IMG/VR virus record: IMGVR_UViG_3300030116_006104
Coordinates: 1-26,709 of that record
DNA from: a virus
Taxonomy: Duplodnaviria > Caudoviricetes
Strand: one strand, 5' to 3'
DNA: 26,709 nt
Shown here: one piece after another, positions 25,464 to 26,709 of the stretch
How positions within the stretch are numbered: position 1 is the first letter of the stretch
Layout: every line of letters begins with the position of its first letter
The notes under the pieces: generated by a model
Seen by the model: the letters and a program-made list of their open reading frames with translations, nothing else
Databases searched by the model: none
Told to the model about the DNA's origin: nothing
Program-made: the position numbers and the translations under genes

Positions 25464-26126
25464 CTATGGGTTCCTTGACTCGAGAGGGATACGAATAACG
25501 CCATCTCGAAATTCGTCTCTACGGTCACGCCCCATCTCATATGTGGCTAGATCCGATACAGACTTGTTATACATATTATCGTAGTATTGTATCATATCAG
25601 CTGGACCTTTCAAGTATCCAAGTGCTTCTAAAATACAACCATACAAAAGCACGTTTGGAGCGTTCTGGCTCATCCAGTTCGACGTTGTCGTGCTAGACAA
25701 GATAGGTGGCTTGTACGTGTATGCGAGCTCTACAGTTAATGCAGCGTTCGGGGTTGGCGCCAGCATATGAGTATCATCATCATAAACAGCATAATACTTA
25801 GGAGTACCTGCCCCTGTTGATGTCCTATCGGGCGCAAATTCATTAATAAACGAAATATCTTTTTGTATCAAGAATGTTCTATTGTTAGATCCATCTATCA
25901 ACTGAACATATCTGGTTGCCTCCCAATCAGCAGGCAGTGGTAAAAAAGGATTATTTACCGTTAATGTGGCAGTATCATATCTCCTGTAATAATTTAAATC
26001 TACCTTTCTTCTTACTTTATCCTCGGTAGAATCAATAAACTGTTGTATGATTGCATCAGTTAAAACTGTAGAATCAGTTTCTGTATAATTTCTTATATTA
26101 TCTACTAAATCAGAAAAATCTGTCAT
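25464..26126 (-). CDS. Head-tail adaptor / tail tubular protein A-like
   Basis: L...IRNYTE, GTPKYYA, LAPTP, NVLLYGCILEA..YLKG, RRDEFRDG motifs of podovirus adaptor-like proteins. Confidence 0.7.
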   Translation of the reverse strand: MTDFSDLVDNIRNYTETDSTVLTDAIIQQFIDSTEDKVRRKVDLNYYRRYDTATLTVNNPFLPLPADWEATRYVQLIDGSNNRTFLIQKDISFINEFAPDRTSTGAGTPKYYAVYDDDTHMLAPTPNAALTVELAYTYKPPILSSTTTSNWMSQNAPNVLLYGCILEALGYLKGPADMIQYYDNMYNKSVSDLATYEMGRDRRDEFRDGVIRIPLESRNP

Positions 26127-26599
26127 GATGTGCTCACTGTAACATTACCAACGCTTGATAGCAACCTTGTTGGTTTTTTTGGTGCTTGTAGTTCTAAAGG
26201 CATCATGCTTTTAGTTGTTATTGTAAAAGTAGAACCGTCTGCTCTAGTATGAGTTACCACCTGATTAGCCGTTTCAAATTGATTGGCAGTTAATCCAAAA
26301 CCTCTTCCATCGTAAGCTGCATCAGAACCATCCGGTTTTACAACTGTTCTGCCAGCATTTATAGGACCATCAGCACCTCCCACAAAAACTCTTGATATTG
26401 CAGTTTGTGGTTTTGCATTTTCTAATGCTTCTGGGTCAGTTACTATTGGCACAGGTTCCAACTGAGGGTGTTTTGGTTCAAACTCAGATATATGAACTAT
26501 GGAACCATTCCATTCTTTAACCATCTCATTATATGGAAAAGCCATACCAGATCTGTCTGATATTCTCTTTGCAAATTTACCTGATGCAAACTTGGCCAT
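26123..26599 (-). CDS. Conserved phage hypothetical protein of the head-tail module
   Basis: MAKFASGKFAKRISDRSGMAFPYNEMVKEWNG..VH.SEFEPKHPQL; AGGAG RBS. Confidence 0.75.
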   Translation of the reverse strand: MAKFASGKFAKRISDRSGMAFPYNEMVKEWNGSIVHISEFEPKHPQLEPVPIVTDPEALENAKPQTAISRVFVGGADGPINAGRTVVKPDGSDAAYDGRGFGLTANQFETANQVVTHTRADGSTFTITTKSMMPLELQAPKKPTRLLSSVGNVTVSTS

Positions 26600-26709
26600 T
26601 TAAACTCCTGGTAAATAAGTTTTAGGTGTTAAAAATAAACTTGTTCTTTCTCCATCTTGAGCTGCAGCTCTTTGGAACTCATCTTCATAAACTTGTTTTA
26701 ATAATTGAA
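26600..26709 (-). CDS. 3' end of an upstream adaptor-like structural gene (partial)
   Basis: Manual translation ...QLLKQVYEDEFQRAAAQDGERTSLFLTPKTYLPGV*; the stop abuts the next ATG. Confidence 0.7.
   Translation of the reverse strand, partial: QLLKQVYEDEFQRAAAQDGERTSLFLTPKTYLPGV

Noticed and set aside
1-26709. tRNA, CRISPR array, diversity-generating retroelement, integrase, intron or intein
   Set aside because: Intergenic gaps are too short, and no repeat-spacer pattern, reverse transcriptase, template/variable repeat pair, recombinase motif or interruption of polA was seen.

Overview
Internal segment of an AT-rich tailed dsDNA phage genome, most likely a podovirus without its own RNA polymerase. 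Gene content resembles marine uncultured podoviruses such as pelagiphage/uvMED-type; this is recall, not a search. Left end (+): family A DNA polymerase (Leu762-type motif B), a PD-(D/E)XK nuclease and a small exported protein. These converge on a (-) strand late module running from the right end (adaptor, tail, tail-fibre and collar genes) to the internal virion/ejection protein genes (2.3-11.2 kb). The late module is split by a ~10.6 kb, mainly (+) strand island (11322-21948). The island holds nine Fe(II)-dependent oxygenase/cupin genes, two glycosyltransferases and a DUF6065-like gene. It also holds the core tail nozzle gene and its companions, which face opposite to all other virion genes. 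Main observations: (1) a candidate hydroxylation plus glycosylation system embedded in the tail module; (2) a glycosyltransferase flanked by ~34 bp direct repeats that make it a precisely excisable 850 bp cassette; (3) an apparent inversion with sigma70-like promoters at its internal and flanking boundaries; (4) a leader with alternative anti-Shine-Dalgarno pairing; (5) three small genes missed by the ORF track, including a Cys-rich antisense mini-protein. No tRNA, rRNA, CRISPR array, integrase or reverse transcriptase was seen.
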